60,401 bases of DNA, from contig NJBH01000024.1 of assembly GCA_005223125.1 (NCBI GenBank), positions 1 through 60,401 of the forward strand. Reading direction: 5' to 3'. This document shows, one piece after another, positions 52,156 through 60,401 of this stretch. Numbering within the stretch: the stretch's first letter is position 1; each line of letters opens with the position of its first letter. The DNA comes from Promethearchaeota archaeon Loki_b32. GTDB lineage: Archaea > Asgardarchaeota > Lokiarchaeia > Sigyniarchaeales > SOKP01. The notes beneath the pieces are model-generated. The model searched no databases. It was not told where the DNA came from and saw only the letters and a list, made by a program, of their open reading frames with translations. The position numbers were made by a program, and so were the translations under genes.

Positions 52156-53520
52156 ATGTCTAAGAAATTTTCAAAAGAACCGCTCAGAGGAATGAAAGAT
52201 TTTTATCCTCCAGCTTTAAGAGAATCCAATTGGATTATTGAGATAATAAAAGATGTTGCAGAGAGATATGGTTATGAAGAATATAAAACTCCACAATTGG
52301 AACCTATTGAAATTTTCGCTGCTAAATCTTCTGATGAATTGGTTAATGAGCAATCATTTATTGTGGAAAAGAAAAAAGGAGAAAGATTAATTTTAATTCC
52401 TGAATTAACACCCAGCTTGGCAAGAATGATAGCTCGAAAGAGCCAAGAACTAAAAAAACCTATTAGATGGTTTTCGATACCAACCTGTTATAGATATGAA
52501 AGACCTCAGAAAGGTCGCCGAAGAGAGTTTCAACAACCCAATGTCGATATTTTAGGTGAAGAAAGCCTTTATGCTGATCTCGAAATATTTAATATTATTG
52601 TTGATATATTCATGGAATTTGGAGCAACTGCAGAACAATTTCAAATTTATTATAATAGCCGCCGATTCATGGATGCAGTAAGTAATTTAATACTTAGAAT
52701 AGAAAAAGATAAAACACCTTTAGTATATAAGGCGTTAGATAAATCTGATAAGATGAACGAGGAAGAATATGAAAAATATTTAATTGATACATTTCAAGAT
52801 GAAGTAATCATCCAAAGTATATTTAAATTAAAAGATGCTAAGAGTGTAGATGAGTTATTAGGGAAACTTGATGATATTCCAGAAGAGTTTTATCAATCTG
52901 ATGGGTATGTTGAGTTAACAAAATTTGAACGATTAATAAAAGAAGTAGATATTTCTAATTATTGTACATTCTCTTCTGGAACAGTAAGAGGTCTTGATTA
53001 TTATACTGGAATTATATATGAAGTATTTGATACTGGAAAAGAAAATATTAGAAGTATTTTCGGAGGAGGACGATATGATGATTTATTATCAATATTTTCC
53101 GATGAAAAAATTACAGGTACAGGATTTGGAATGGGACTCTACATGCTTTCTTTATTCTTAAAGACGTATAATTTAATTCCAGATGAAATTAAAGAAAAAG
53201 ATTATAGTGACACAATTTATATAGCATCTATAAATGAAGATATGTCAACATATGCTTTTGAACTTGCAAGAATTATCCGAGATGAAGACTTTCCCTGTAT
53301 TATAGATTATAGATTTAAAAATTTAAAAAATCAACTTAAAAAAGCTAATGAATTGGGAGTTGTAATAGTGTTAATCATTGGATCTGAAGAATTGACAGAT
53401 AGAACAGTAACCATTAGGAATATGGTATCTGAGGAACAAAAAACCGTTGATTTAGATGAATTGATAAATGAAATTTACGATATCATAGATCAATTCGGCG
53501 ATAATAAATTTGACCAATAA
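52156..53520 (+). CDS. hisS: Histidyl-tRNA synthetase
   Basis: RGMKDF, PELT, RYERPQKGRRREF, VRGLDYYTG, GGGRYD, anticodon-binding domain. Confidence 0.97.
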   Translation: MSKKFSKEPLRGMKDFYPPALRESNWIIEIIKDVAERYGYEEYKTPQLEPIEIFAAKSSDELVNEQSFIVEKKKGERLILIPELTPSLARMIARKSQELKKPIRWFSIPTCYRYERPQKGRRREFQQPNVDILGEESLYADLEIFNIIVDIFMEFGATAEQFQIYYNSRRFMDAVSNLILRIEKDKTPLVYKALDKSDKMNEEEYEKYLIDTFQDEVIIQSIFKLKDAKSVDELLGKLDDIPEEFYQSDGYVELTKFERLIKEVDISNYCTFSSGTVRGLDYYTGIIYEVFDTGKENIRSIFGGGRYDDLLSIFSDEKITGTGFGMGLYMLSLFLKTYNLIPDEIKEKDYSDTIYIASINEDMSTYAFELARIIRDEDFPCIIDYRFKNLKNQLKKANELGVVIVLIIGSEELTDRTVTIRNMVSEEQKTVDLDELINEIYDIIDQFGDNKFDQ

Positions 53521-53694
53521 AAATTTTATTTTATGCTACTAAATTTTATATTAAAAAGTTAATTTAACTGTAGTAATTGTTAAATTTATTAAAATCAGTT
53601 CATGGCTACAAAAAATATTTGCTATTATATTAATTTGGATAGGAAGATATAATTCGAGCTGCTGTAGCAAGAGCTTCTGTATTAGAAAAGTAAA

Positions 53695-54086
53695 ATGGAT
53701 TATCGAGTTGTCCCTCATGCTATATTTACCAACCCCCAAGTTGGAAGCGTTGGTTTTACCGATCTTCAAGCAAATCAGTTACGTTTTGATTGCAGATGTA
53801 ATACGATTCCAATTGGGTTCGTAGCTAAATCCAAAATCCTTAATGATGATAGAGGATTACTAAAAATCGTTATTAATAGAAAGACAGAAGAAATTTTAGG
53901 CATTCACATTTTATCTACTAATGCTGCAAATCTAATTCATGAAGGGGTTATGATTATTAAGAATCATATGACTCTTGATGATGTTATTAATACATTGCAC
54001 GTTTTCCCTACTTTATCAGAAGCTATTAAACTCACAGCACAATCCTTCAAACGAGAATATCTGTAATAAGCTGTTGCATTGAATGA
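53695..54086 (+). pseudogene. merA: Mercuric-reductase-like (MerA) dimerisation-domain remnant, frameshifted near the 3' end
   Basis: VPHAIFTNPQVGSVG...LHVFPTLSEAIK. The C-terminal ISVISCCIE* lies in a shifted frame (one base missing near 54055). Confidence 0.7.
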
Positions 54087-54172
54087 GTTATTTTATGTAA
54101 AATTAAAATAAAAATGAATATAATTTTGTTTTTCTCTATAAAGTAGTTTTAAATTAATTCTCAAATTAGTTC

Positions 54173-54538
54173 TTAAATTAAATAACTTCTCTTTAAATTT
54201 TTATTTATTTCATAAGAGGTGAATTTTCCTTTCTTAACACCATAAATTAATCCTGCTTGATCTAATATTTTTATATGGTGAGAGATAGCAGGTTGAGATA
54301 AATTTAAAATTGCTGTCAGTTCGCAGACACACATTTCTTTTTTTCCTATCAAGTTATAAATTAAAAATCTAACTCTATCTCCTAGTGCTTTAAAATAATT
54401 AACTTTTTCAATAAAATTTTTTTTAGTTAAAATTTCATCTTTATTTCTCTCTAAAGATTCAATGTATTCGAGAATATCCCTATCTATTTTAAAATACTTA
54501 ATTAATTTTTCTATTTCTTCTTTACTCTTTAAATCCAT
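54173..54538 (-). CDS. arsR: ArsR/SmtB regulator
   Basis: FKALGDRVR, EMCVCEL, SQPAISHH. Confidence 0.9.
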   Translation of the reverse strand: MDLKSKEEIEKLIKYFKIDRDILEYIESLERNKDEILTKKNFIEKVNYFKALGDRVRFLIYNLIGKKEMCVCELTAILNLSQPAISHHIKILDQAGLIYGVKKGKFTSYEINKNLKRSYLI

Positions 54539-54696
54539 ATTAAAATATCAAAAATATTTTTTAAATGCTTGAAATATATAGATTGCATAAATATTATCGA
54601 TTTTATTTACAATCTATTATTAAATTTTTACCAAATCTCTTTATAAATCTACAATTTTTTTTATTTTGAATTGTGTTATTTCTTAATTACAATTTA

Positions 54697-55119
54697 TCAT
54701 ACAAAATTAAATAATTCAAAAAATTTTCTAGAATTCTCTATATACTTCTGAAATTGTTCTTTTACTAATTCATAATGTGTAAAATAGCCTCTTTTTATAC
54801 CTCTTATTATTCTCATACCTTCAAGTATTTTTAAATGATGAGAAATCGAGGATTGTGCTTTATCTAAAATTGCTTCCAATTCACAGACACAATAATCTTT
54901 ATCATTCAACAATTCTACAATTTTAAGGCGAGTTTCATTTCCTAAAACATTGGAAAATTTGCTAAAATTTGTTATACTTTTGTTTTTATTCAATTTAATA
55001 CCAATTTCTCTTAAGGTACTAAAATAAGGTTCTATATCTTTATCTTGAAGATCAAAACATAGTTTTAGACTATTAATTAATTCAGCTTTCCTTTCACTTT
55101 TAATTTGTATCACTTTCAT
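54697..55119 (-). CDS. arsR: ArsR/SmtB regulator
   Basis: LGNETRL, YCVCEL, QSSISHHL. Confidence 0.9.
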   Translation of the reverse strand: MKVIQIKSERKAELINSLKLCFDLQDKDIEPYFSTLREIGIKLNKNKSITNFSKFSNVLGNETRLKIVELLNDKDYCVCELEAILDKAQSSISHHLKILEGMRIIRGIKRGYFTHYELVKEQFQKYIENSRKFFELFNFV

Positions 55120-55285
55120 TGTTTATATTGTCTTCAATATTTATAATGAACAAATCTATAAAAATATATTTAAATTGAATTTGATCAAAGTAAATCGAAT
55201 TATTTAAATTTAAATCATTCTTTTAATTGCATAACATATAACTTAAAAAAATATAACTTCAAATATAAAAAATTGATATAATTAG

Positions 55286-56467
55286 TTGATTATCATGAAT
55301 GATCAAACTGAAACAGAACATGAACATCGTGATTTTGAGAGTAGTCGATATGAACCTGAACATGAAGGTTTAGGAATATTTGATAAATTACTCCCATTAT
55401 GGGTTGTAATTTGTATAGCAATAGGAATTTTATTCTCTCTATATGTACCAGGACTTAGTGAAACTATTGAATCTATTCAGATAGCGGGCATGTCTATTCC
55501 CATAGCGATATGCTTGATTGTAATGATGTATCCGGCAATGCTTAATATAGAGGGTTCGGAGTTGGTGAAGGCTGGAAAAAATCCTAAACCAATAATTTTA
55601 ACGCTCTTTTCAAATTGGGTTGTTGCAACTTTTGTTGGTTTAGCTGTGGCTCTCATTTTTGTACCAGACAACGAACAATTAGTTCTGGCCATAATCTTAC
55701 TCCATGCAAGCCCTTGTACGGCGATGGTTTTGGTTTGGGGATGGTTGGCACGAGGAAATCAAGCACAAAATGTAATTATAACTAGTATAAACACAATAAC
55801 AATAATCATCTTATATGTTCCGGTCGTAATGCTTCTTGTCTTCATTGCTAATATTACATTAACTAAGCCAATTCCTTTAGACACATTAACGTTATTAATT
55901 GCTTTGCTTATTTTTATCGGATTACCATTAATAGCGGGAGTGTTAAGCAAAAGAATTTTGATAAAACGGAGAGGTGAAGAATGGTTTAACAAAAAGTACC
56001 GCCCAGCTGTAGGTAAAGTAGCAATCATAGCATTATTAATGACGTTAATTGTTATTTTTGCCTTAAATGGCCAAGTTCTAATACAATACCCAAATATTCT
56101 GATTAGAGTTTCTATTCCCATTTTAGTTGGGCTTTTAACTGTCCTAATTTATAATGTAATAGTTACTAAATTAGTCAAATTAAGGTATCAAGATGCGGTT
56201 ATTACGATAGTTGTTGGTTCTTCTAGTCATTTCGAAATCGCGATTGCTGTTGCCGTTGCCATGTACGGAATAGGATCATATACCGCTTTGGGAACCACAA
56301 TGGGATTATTTTGGGAGGTCCCTTTAATGCTTTCCGTGGTATATATCTCTAAATATCTTGGAAAACATGGATTCTGGGAAGGTTATCCGTGCATGGTATG
56401 CTATAAGTACCCTTGTATCTGTGGCGAAAAAAAATACCCTACAATAAAAAAAAAAGTTAAAAAATAG
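55286..56467 (+). CDS. acr3: Acr3 arsenite efflux transporter
   Basis: MMYP, NWV, PCTAMVLVW, SSHFEIAIAVA, EVPLML. Confidence 0.93.
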   Translation: MIIMNDQTETEHEHRDFESSRYEPEHEGLGIFDKLLPLWVVICIAIGILFSLYVPGLSETIESIQIAGMSIPIAICLIVMMYPAMLNIEGSELVKAGKNPKPIILTLFSNWVVATFVGLAVALIFVPDNEQLVLAIILLHASPCTAMVLVWGWLARGNQAQNVIITSINTITIIILYVPVVMLLVFIANITLTKPIPLDTLTLLIALLIFIGLPLIAGVLSKRILIKRRGEEWFNKKYRPAVGKVAIIALLMTLIVIFALNGQVLIQYPNILIRVSIPILVGLLTVLIYNVIVTKLVKLRYQDAVITIVVGSSSHFEIAIAVAVAMYGIGSYTALGTTMGLFWEVPLMLSVVYISKYLGKHGFWEGYPCMVCYKYPCICGEKKYPTIKKKVKK

Positions 56468-56525
56468 ATTTAACTTTCTCATTTTTTATATTTATTTTAT
56501 ATTTTTTATAGTTAACAACTGGGAG

Positions 56526-56999
56526 GTGATAGTTTTTAAGAGAATTACTCTCCAAATAAGCATTCCCTTGACTGGGTTATCGGAAGGCAAAAGTTTTACT
56601 ATTGATCTTGATGATGAAGCTAACTTTGTACAAGCATTAGCAAAGGTTGACAAGTATGTATCTGAACATCCAAAAAAATCGATCTTTCCAATATTTAACA
56701 ATTATATCCATAATTATCTGCAACTTGTGTGGAATCCTGAGACGAATGAAATTTATGAAGACATCGGATTATATGCCTATGGCCCCGATGAGCAGGGTAA
56801 CCTCCGAAAATTTATGCCTTTACGGGAAGATATTGAGTTTAACCTATATCCCAATAGCGTAATTGATATACAACCCGATTCTGGATGTTGATGAGAAAAA
56901 GTGAGAAATAGACTAGATATAGGGGAGTTTAAGACGGTTATACGAAAAAAATTTGGTAAAAATAATGAAATTTTTGCACATTATTTCAAAAATAAATAA
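56526..56999 (+). CDS. Ubiquitin/MoaD-like protein; ends at 56891 conventionally, or at 56999 if TGA-TGA (56889-56894) is read as Sec
   Basis: Beta-grasp-like pattern ending LYPNSVIDIQPDSGC. The in-frame extension after TGA-TGA is conserved with the paralog. Confidence 0.6.
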
Positions 57000-57015
57000 G
57001 AATGGGTGATTTTAG

Positions 57016-57480
57016 ATTAAAAAGATAAATTTAACGATATTTGCACCTGACCCGGAGAAAGTCCTTTCAAAGGGTCTAAATTATACTGTTGACATCCAAG
57101 ACAACGGCACATTTATTGATGCCATAAGTAATATTGATAAGCAAGTGATAATTAATCCCGAAAAATCAATTTTCCCATTATTTAAAGGATTAATCAATAG
57201 TTATCTTCAATTGATATGGGATGCAGAGGAAAATAAAATTTATGAAGATTGTGGTGTGGATGCGTATGGACCAAACAAAGAATTCATACCATTAAGGGAA
57301 AATATCGAGTCCAATTTATATCCAAATAGTACTATAACAATAATTGCACATGCTGATTGATGAGCTGATAATATGAAAGAAAGATTAGATTACGGTACTT
57401 TTAGAAGGACAATTATGAAGAAATACGGAAAAGAGAATGAAACTTTTGCACATTATTTTAAATTTAAAAGGGGCAAATAA
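57016..57480 (+). CDS. Paralog of 56526; probable ATT start; ends at 57360, or at 57480 if TGA-TGA (57358-57363) is read as Sec
   Basis: IKKINLTI...FIDAISNIDK...SIFPLF...YLQLIW...IYED...LYPNS aligns over the full length with 56526. Confidence 0.6.
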
Positions 57481-57488
57481 AAGAATGA

Positions 57489-57525
57489 ATGATATCTTTT
57501 AAAGAAATTATAGTAAAAGATTGAC
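57489..57525 (+). promoter_or_regulatory. SECIS-like hairpin (eukaryote/Loki type)
   Basis: AUGA-U-AUCUUUUA-[AAGAAAUUAUAG]-UAAAAGAU-U-GA-C, beginning 8 nt after the TAA at 57478-57480. Confidence 0.6.
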
Positions 57526-57591
57526 AATAGGATTGCGTCCTATTTACCCTTATAGTTTTTAAAACTACTAAAAGTATTAAAATGTTATATT

Positions 57592-58635
57592 TTGACGAAA
57601 GAAACCTTAAACAAGTTTTTAATCGATATTATAGAAAATAGTAGTGATGAAAAAAAGAGATACGACTCATTAGAAGCACTACAAAAGAATTTTTATAATT
57701 TGGCTAAATATTTTACCTTTTTAGAAAATTTATTAATCTCAGATTTAAATCCGAAAATCCGTATAAAAGCAGCAGAGCTTCTAGTTCATTACTTTTTACC
57801 AAAATCATTAAATCCAATTAAATGGGCATTACAAAATGATAATTCTATAGAATGCGTAATAAAATATACAGAAATAATAAAAGAATATAATGAAAAATTT
57901 TTATTTCAAATTTTAATCTCTGAAATTGAACAATATTTTAATAAATATAAGCAATTTCATTCAAAGCTAGAAAATTTTGTATTTTATAATCAAGATTTAG
58001 ATGATTTGATTGAAATTTTGTTGAATTATAAAATATTGAATAAAATGATAACTATTTTTCCAAATCTAAAGAAAGAGAACAATTTTGTTAAAATTTACGG
58101 AGGAAAAATCAGACACCTTGAGTTAACAAATAAAAATATAAAGAAAATCATAGATATTGAAGGGTTAGATTTACTAACAAACCTAGAGGATTTAAATCTA
58201 AGTTATAATGATATCTCTGAAATTATTGGGCTTAATAATTTAACAAAATTACAGAATTTAAATTTGTCCCATAATAAGATCTCAAAAATTGAAAATCTTG
58301 AAAATCTTACTGAGTTACACTCACTTAATTTAGGTTTTAATAAAATTGAAAAATTAACAGGCATAAAAGATATGAAAAAGTTAATAAACCTGAACCTTAT
58401 GCATAATAAGATTAAAAATTTCGATGATTTAACTCAATTGCAATCATTGGAGACAATTAATTTATCAAAAAATTTAATTTACAAGATAAACGGTTTGGAT
58501 AACTTAATGAAATTAAAAGCTCTTGATTTAACTTTTAATAATATAAAAGATATAAGTAAACCCGACAAATATAAAAATAAAATCAAACTCTTACTCTATG
58601 GAAATCCCTTTAACACATACGATCCAGGCTTATAA
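57592..58635 (+). CDS. HEAT-like + leucine-rich-repeat (SDS22-like) protein
   Basis: About seven 22-aa LxxLxLxxNxIxxIxxL repeats. N-terminal ISD..PKIRIKAA. Confidence 0.9.
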   Translation: MTKETLNKFLIDIIENSSDEKKRYDSLEALQKNFYNLAKYFTFLENLLISDLNPKIRIKAAELLVHYFLPKSLNPIKWALQNDNSIECVIKYTEIIKEYNEKFLFQILISEIEQYFNKYKQFHSKLENFVFYNQDLDDLIEILLNYKILNKMITIFPNLKKENNFVKIYGGKIRHLELTNKNIKKIIDIEGLDLLTNLEDLNLSYNDISEIIGLNNLTKLQNLNLSHNKISKIENLENLTELHSLNLGFNKIEKLTGIKDMKKLINLNLMHNKIKNFDDLTQLQSLETINLSKNLIYKINGLDNLMKLKALDLTFNNIKDISKPDKYKNKIKLLLYGNPFNTYDPGL

Positions 58636-58758
58636 AAAAATTTTTGTTAGAATTTATTATTCCCACCATTTAGTAATATAAGTAATTTAACTCAAGGTTT
58701 ATATTTAGAAAAAGTATATTTTAATTTAGTAGAGCCATTAAATAAACTTGAATTTAAA

Positions 58759-59097
58759 ATGAATTCATTCAAAAAGCGGGATTATTACGAGGTACTTGGC
58801 ATTGATCGAAATGCTTCTAAAACCCAGATAAAATTAGCATATCGACGATTGGCAAAAAAGTATCATCCTGATAAGAATAAAAAGGATCTCAACGCAAAAG
58901 AAAAATTTATTGAGATTCATGAAGCATATAAAATCCTGAATGATCCAAAACGAAGAAGTCAATATGACCATATAGGTTTGTCCGAACCATTTTTTGGAAA
59001 AGATTTTGAATCGATTCTCTCAACACCAGATTTTAATGATTATGATTTTGGAAACAATTTTGTGTACACGGTTCTAAAATATTTTAGACGCAAGTAA
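58759..59097 (+). CDS. Short J-domain protein
   Basis: [20 protein letters not shown]. No Zn-finger or C-terminal domain. Confidence 0.9.
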   Translation: MNSFKKRDYYEVLGIDRNASKTQIKLAYRRLAKKYHPDKNKKDLNAKEKFIEIHEAYKILNDPKRRSQYDHIGLSEPFFGKDFESILSTPDFNDYDFGNNFVYTVLKYFRRK

Positions 59098-59189
59098 ATA
59101 TCTTGGTAGTTTTTAGTTTTAAATTAATCGTGTTATTTTTTTCTTCTTTTCGTAAAAATTGTTTTAAAAAATAGTTTTAAAAATAATAA

Positions 59190-59666
59190 TTAATTTTCAT
59201 TGAATTTATTAATTCTCGGGCCTTTGTTCTTTAATTCTTGAAGAACAAACTCAATCACTTTAGTTATTCCCTCCTCTTTAATTTCGCTTAATTTAGGTAG
59301 GTTTTTGAAAGTATTAAGATCATTTAAATTCATTCGTTGCTTAGGAATGATATCTTGGACTGAAATAATCAAATCTGGTACAACATCAAGATGTTTATAA
59401 ATTACACTTGCACAAGCTATATTACATCCGTTAATAACAATAATAAAGGAATGCTTGAGATGATTTTTTGTAATTTCAACTAATTGTTCTTTTTCTAATA
59501 ATATGTTTTTAAGAAAAATAGTGGAGCATGTCATTGAACTAATAGAAGCTATTTTACTTTTCTCTGCCAAGTGTATTGCAACCTGTCGTGCTAACTCACC
59601 ATGATGTTCTGAACCTGAGCATGGTATTAAGACAATGTTTTTTTCGTTGATATCTTTTTCACTCAA
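59190..59666 (-). CDS. DGC-type putative zinc-binding protein
   Basis: IPCSG, MTC, INGCNIACA. Confidence 0.8.
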   Translation of the reverse strand: MSEKDINEKNIVLIPCSGSEHHGELARQVAIHLAEKSKIASISSMTCSTIFLKNILLEKEQLVEITKNHLKHSFIIVINGCNIACASVIYKHLDVVPDLIISVQDIIPKQRMNLNDLNTFKNLPKLSEIKEEGITKVIEFVLQELKNKGPRINKFNEN

Positions 59667-59667
59667 A

Positions 59668-59961
59668 TTAAATCAAACCTTTTGCCTTCAATAAGTCTGG
59701 GAGTTTTTTCTTCAAAGCAAATGATGTTGTAACGATTTCTTTTCCATCAATAACTACACTATTACCATGCAAATTCAATCTTCTTGCTTCTTCAGAATCT
59801 AAATTTTTTGTATCGAATGATATATACTTATTATAAGGTGTAATTACCTGAAAAACGAGATTCATAAATCTTTCCCATTGGCAAGCGCATACATTTAAAG
59901 GCACATAAATTTCTACTTTAAGTTTATTTTCTTTTTGAAGTTCACTCTCTTGTTGAACCAT
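59668..59961 (-). CDS. Small thioredoxin-like/ArsD-like protein
   Basis: VEIYVPLNVCAC...VVIDGK. Located in an ArsR operon. Confidence 0.5.
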   Translation of the reverse strand: MVQQESELQKENKLKVEIYVPLNVCACQWERFMNLVFQVITPYNKYISFDTKNLDSEEARRLNLHGNSVVIDGKEIVTTSFALKKKLPDLLKAKGLI

Positions 59962-59976
59962 TTTAACACATCCATT

Positions 59977-60297
59977 TTATATTTTTTGCTGGAGTTCTAC
60001 AATTTTTTTAAATTTTTCATTTCTTTTAATTAAATTATCTACTATTGCCAATAACTTGAAAATTTGGGTATCTTTTACTTTAAACAATTTTTTATTTCCT
60101 TCCCTTCTACTTTCAAGGATATCCGCTTCAGTAAGAGTTTTTAAATGTCTAGATAATGTAGATTGAGTTTTATCAAACACTTTTTCAATGTCGCAAACAC
60201 AAATCTCATTTCCATGCCTTAGAAACTCTAAAAGTTTTAATCTAGTTTCATCGGAGAGAGCTCTTAATAAATCCAATCTTAAATTTTCAAGTTTCAT
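59977..60297 (-). CDS. arsR: ArsR/SmtB regulator
   Basis: RALSDETRL, EICVCDI, QSTLSRHL. Confidence 0.9.
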   Translation of the reverse strand: MKLENLRLDLLRALSDETRLKLLEFLRHGNEICVCDIEKVFDKTQSTLSRHLKTLTEADILESRREGNKKLFKVKDTQIFKLLAIVDNLIKRNEKFKKIVELQQKI

Positions 60298-60305
60298 ATT
60301 TATTT

Positions 60306-60331
60306 TATGTGTTTATGCGTATTAACACATA
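60306..60331. promoter_or_regulatory. Inverted repeat, candidate ArsR autoregulatory operator
   Basis: TATGTGTT-N10-AACACATA, 8 nt upstream of the arsR ATG. Confidence 0.5.
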
Positions 60332-60401
60332 TATTTATAAACGATTTTTCTATTTAAATTTTGTGTTAACAATAATTATTTAATTAAATTAAAATTGAGA
60401 T

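Noticed and set aside
9103-56862. Short antisense or overlapping ORFs from the six-frame track (e.g. 9103-9303, 9614-9865, 11331-11681, 15044-15349, 30281-30640, 33543-33815, 42214-42609, 44682-45002, 45077-45391, 55759-56121, 56647-56862)
   Set aside because: They are shadows of well-supported genes and carry no motifs.
56889-57366. TGATGA as a stop/start overlap (ATG inside) for a downstream gene
   Set aside because: Those ATG frames close after 6 and 2 codons. The conserved sequence is in the upstream frame.
1-60401. Genome-wide stop-codon reassignment (TGA=Trp or TAG=Pyl/Gln)
   Set aside because: TAG and TGA end intact genes at expected positions (e.g. 12243, 16022, 17085), and the internal stops are of all three types.
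1-60401. CRISPR array, rRNA, integrase or transposase
   Set aside because: No regularly spaced repeats, rRNA-like tract or recombinase/transposase motifs were seen.

Overview
AT-rich archaeal chromosomal segment. The gene content points to an Asgard archaeon, most likely Lokiarchaeia: Rag/Arf/Rab-like small GTPases with longin/roadblock-type partners, ftr, non-pyrrolysine MttB and an intron-containing tRNA. About 50 CDS. Main observations: (1) A ~10.3 kb accessory island (539-10803) carries an intact five-gene module, PRTase-like / STAND-type ATPase / CARF-like Rossmann protein divergent from a PfkB-SIS fusion and a HAD phosphatase, plus decayed HNH and SIR2 genes. (2) Two protein-coding genes contain 30-31 nt hairpin insertions whose removal at bulge-helix-bulge (BHB) cut sites restores the ORF: an Fe-S oxidoreductase (11030-11060) and an LsrF-like aldolase (33892-33921). 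They match in size and architecture the two BHB introns of a tRNA-His in this window. (3) Two paralogous ubiquitin/MoaD-like genes in an arsenic-resistance locus each have tandem TGA-TGA followed by a conserved in-frame extension, with a SECIS-like hairpin after the second, suggesting a possible new multi-Sec selenoprotein family. (4) Several genes appear to start at ATA/ATT, and several carry single in-frame stops. All calls come from motif reading by eye; no database searches were run.
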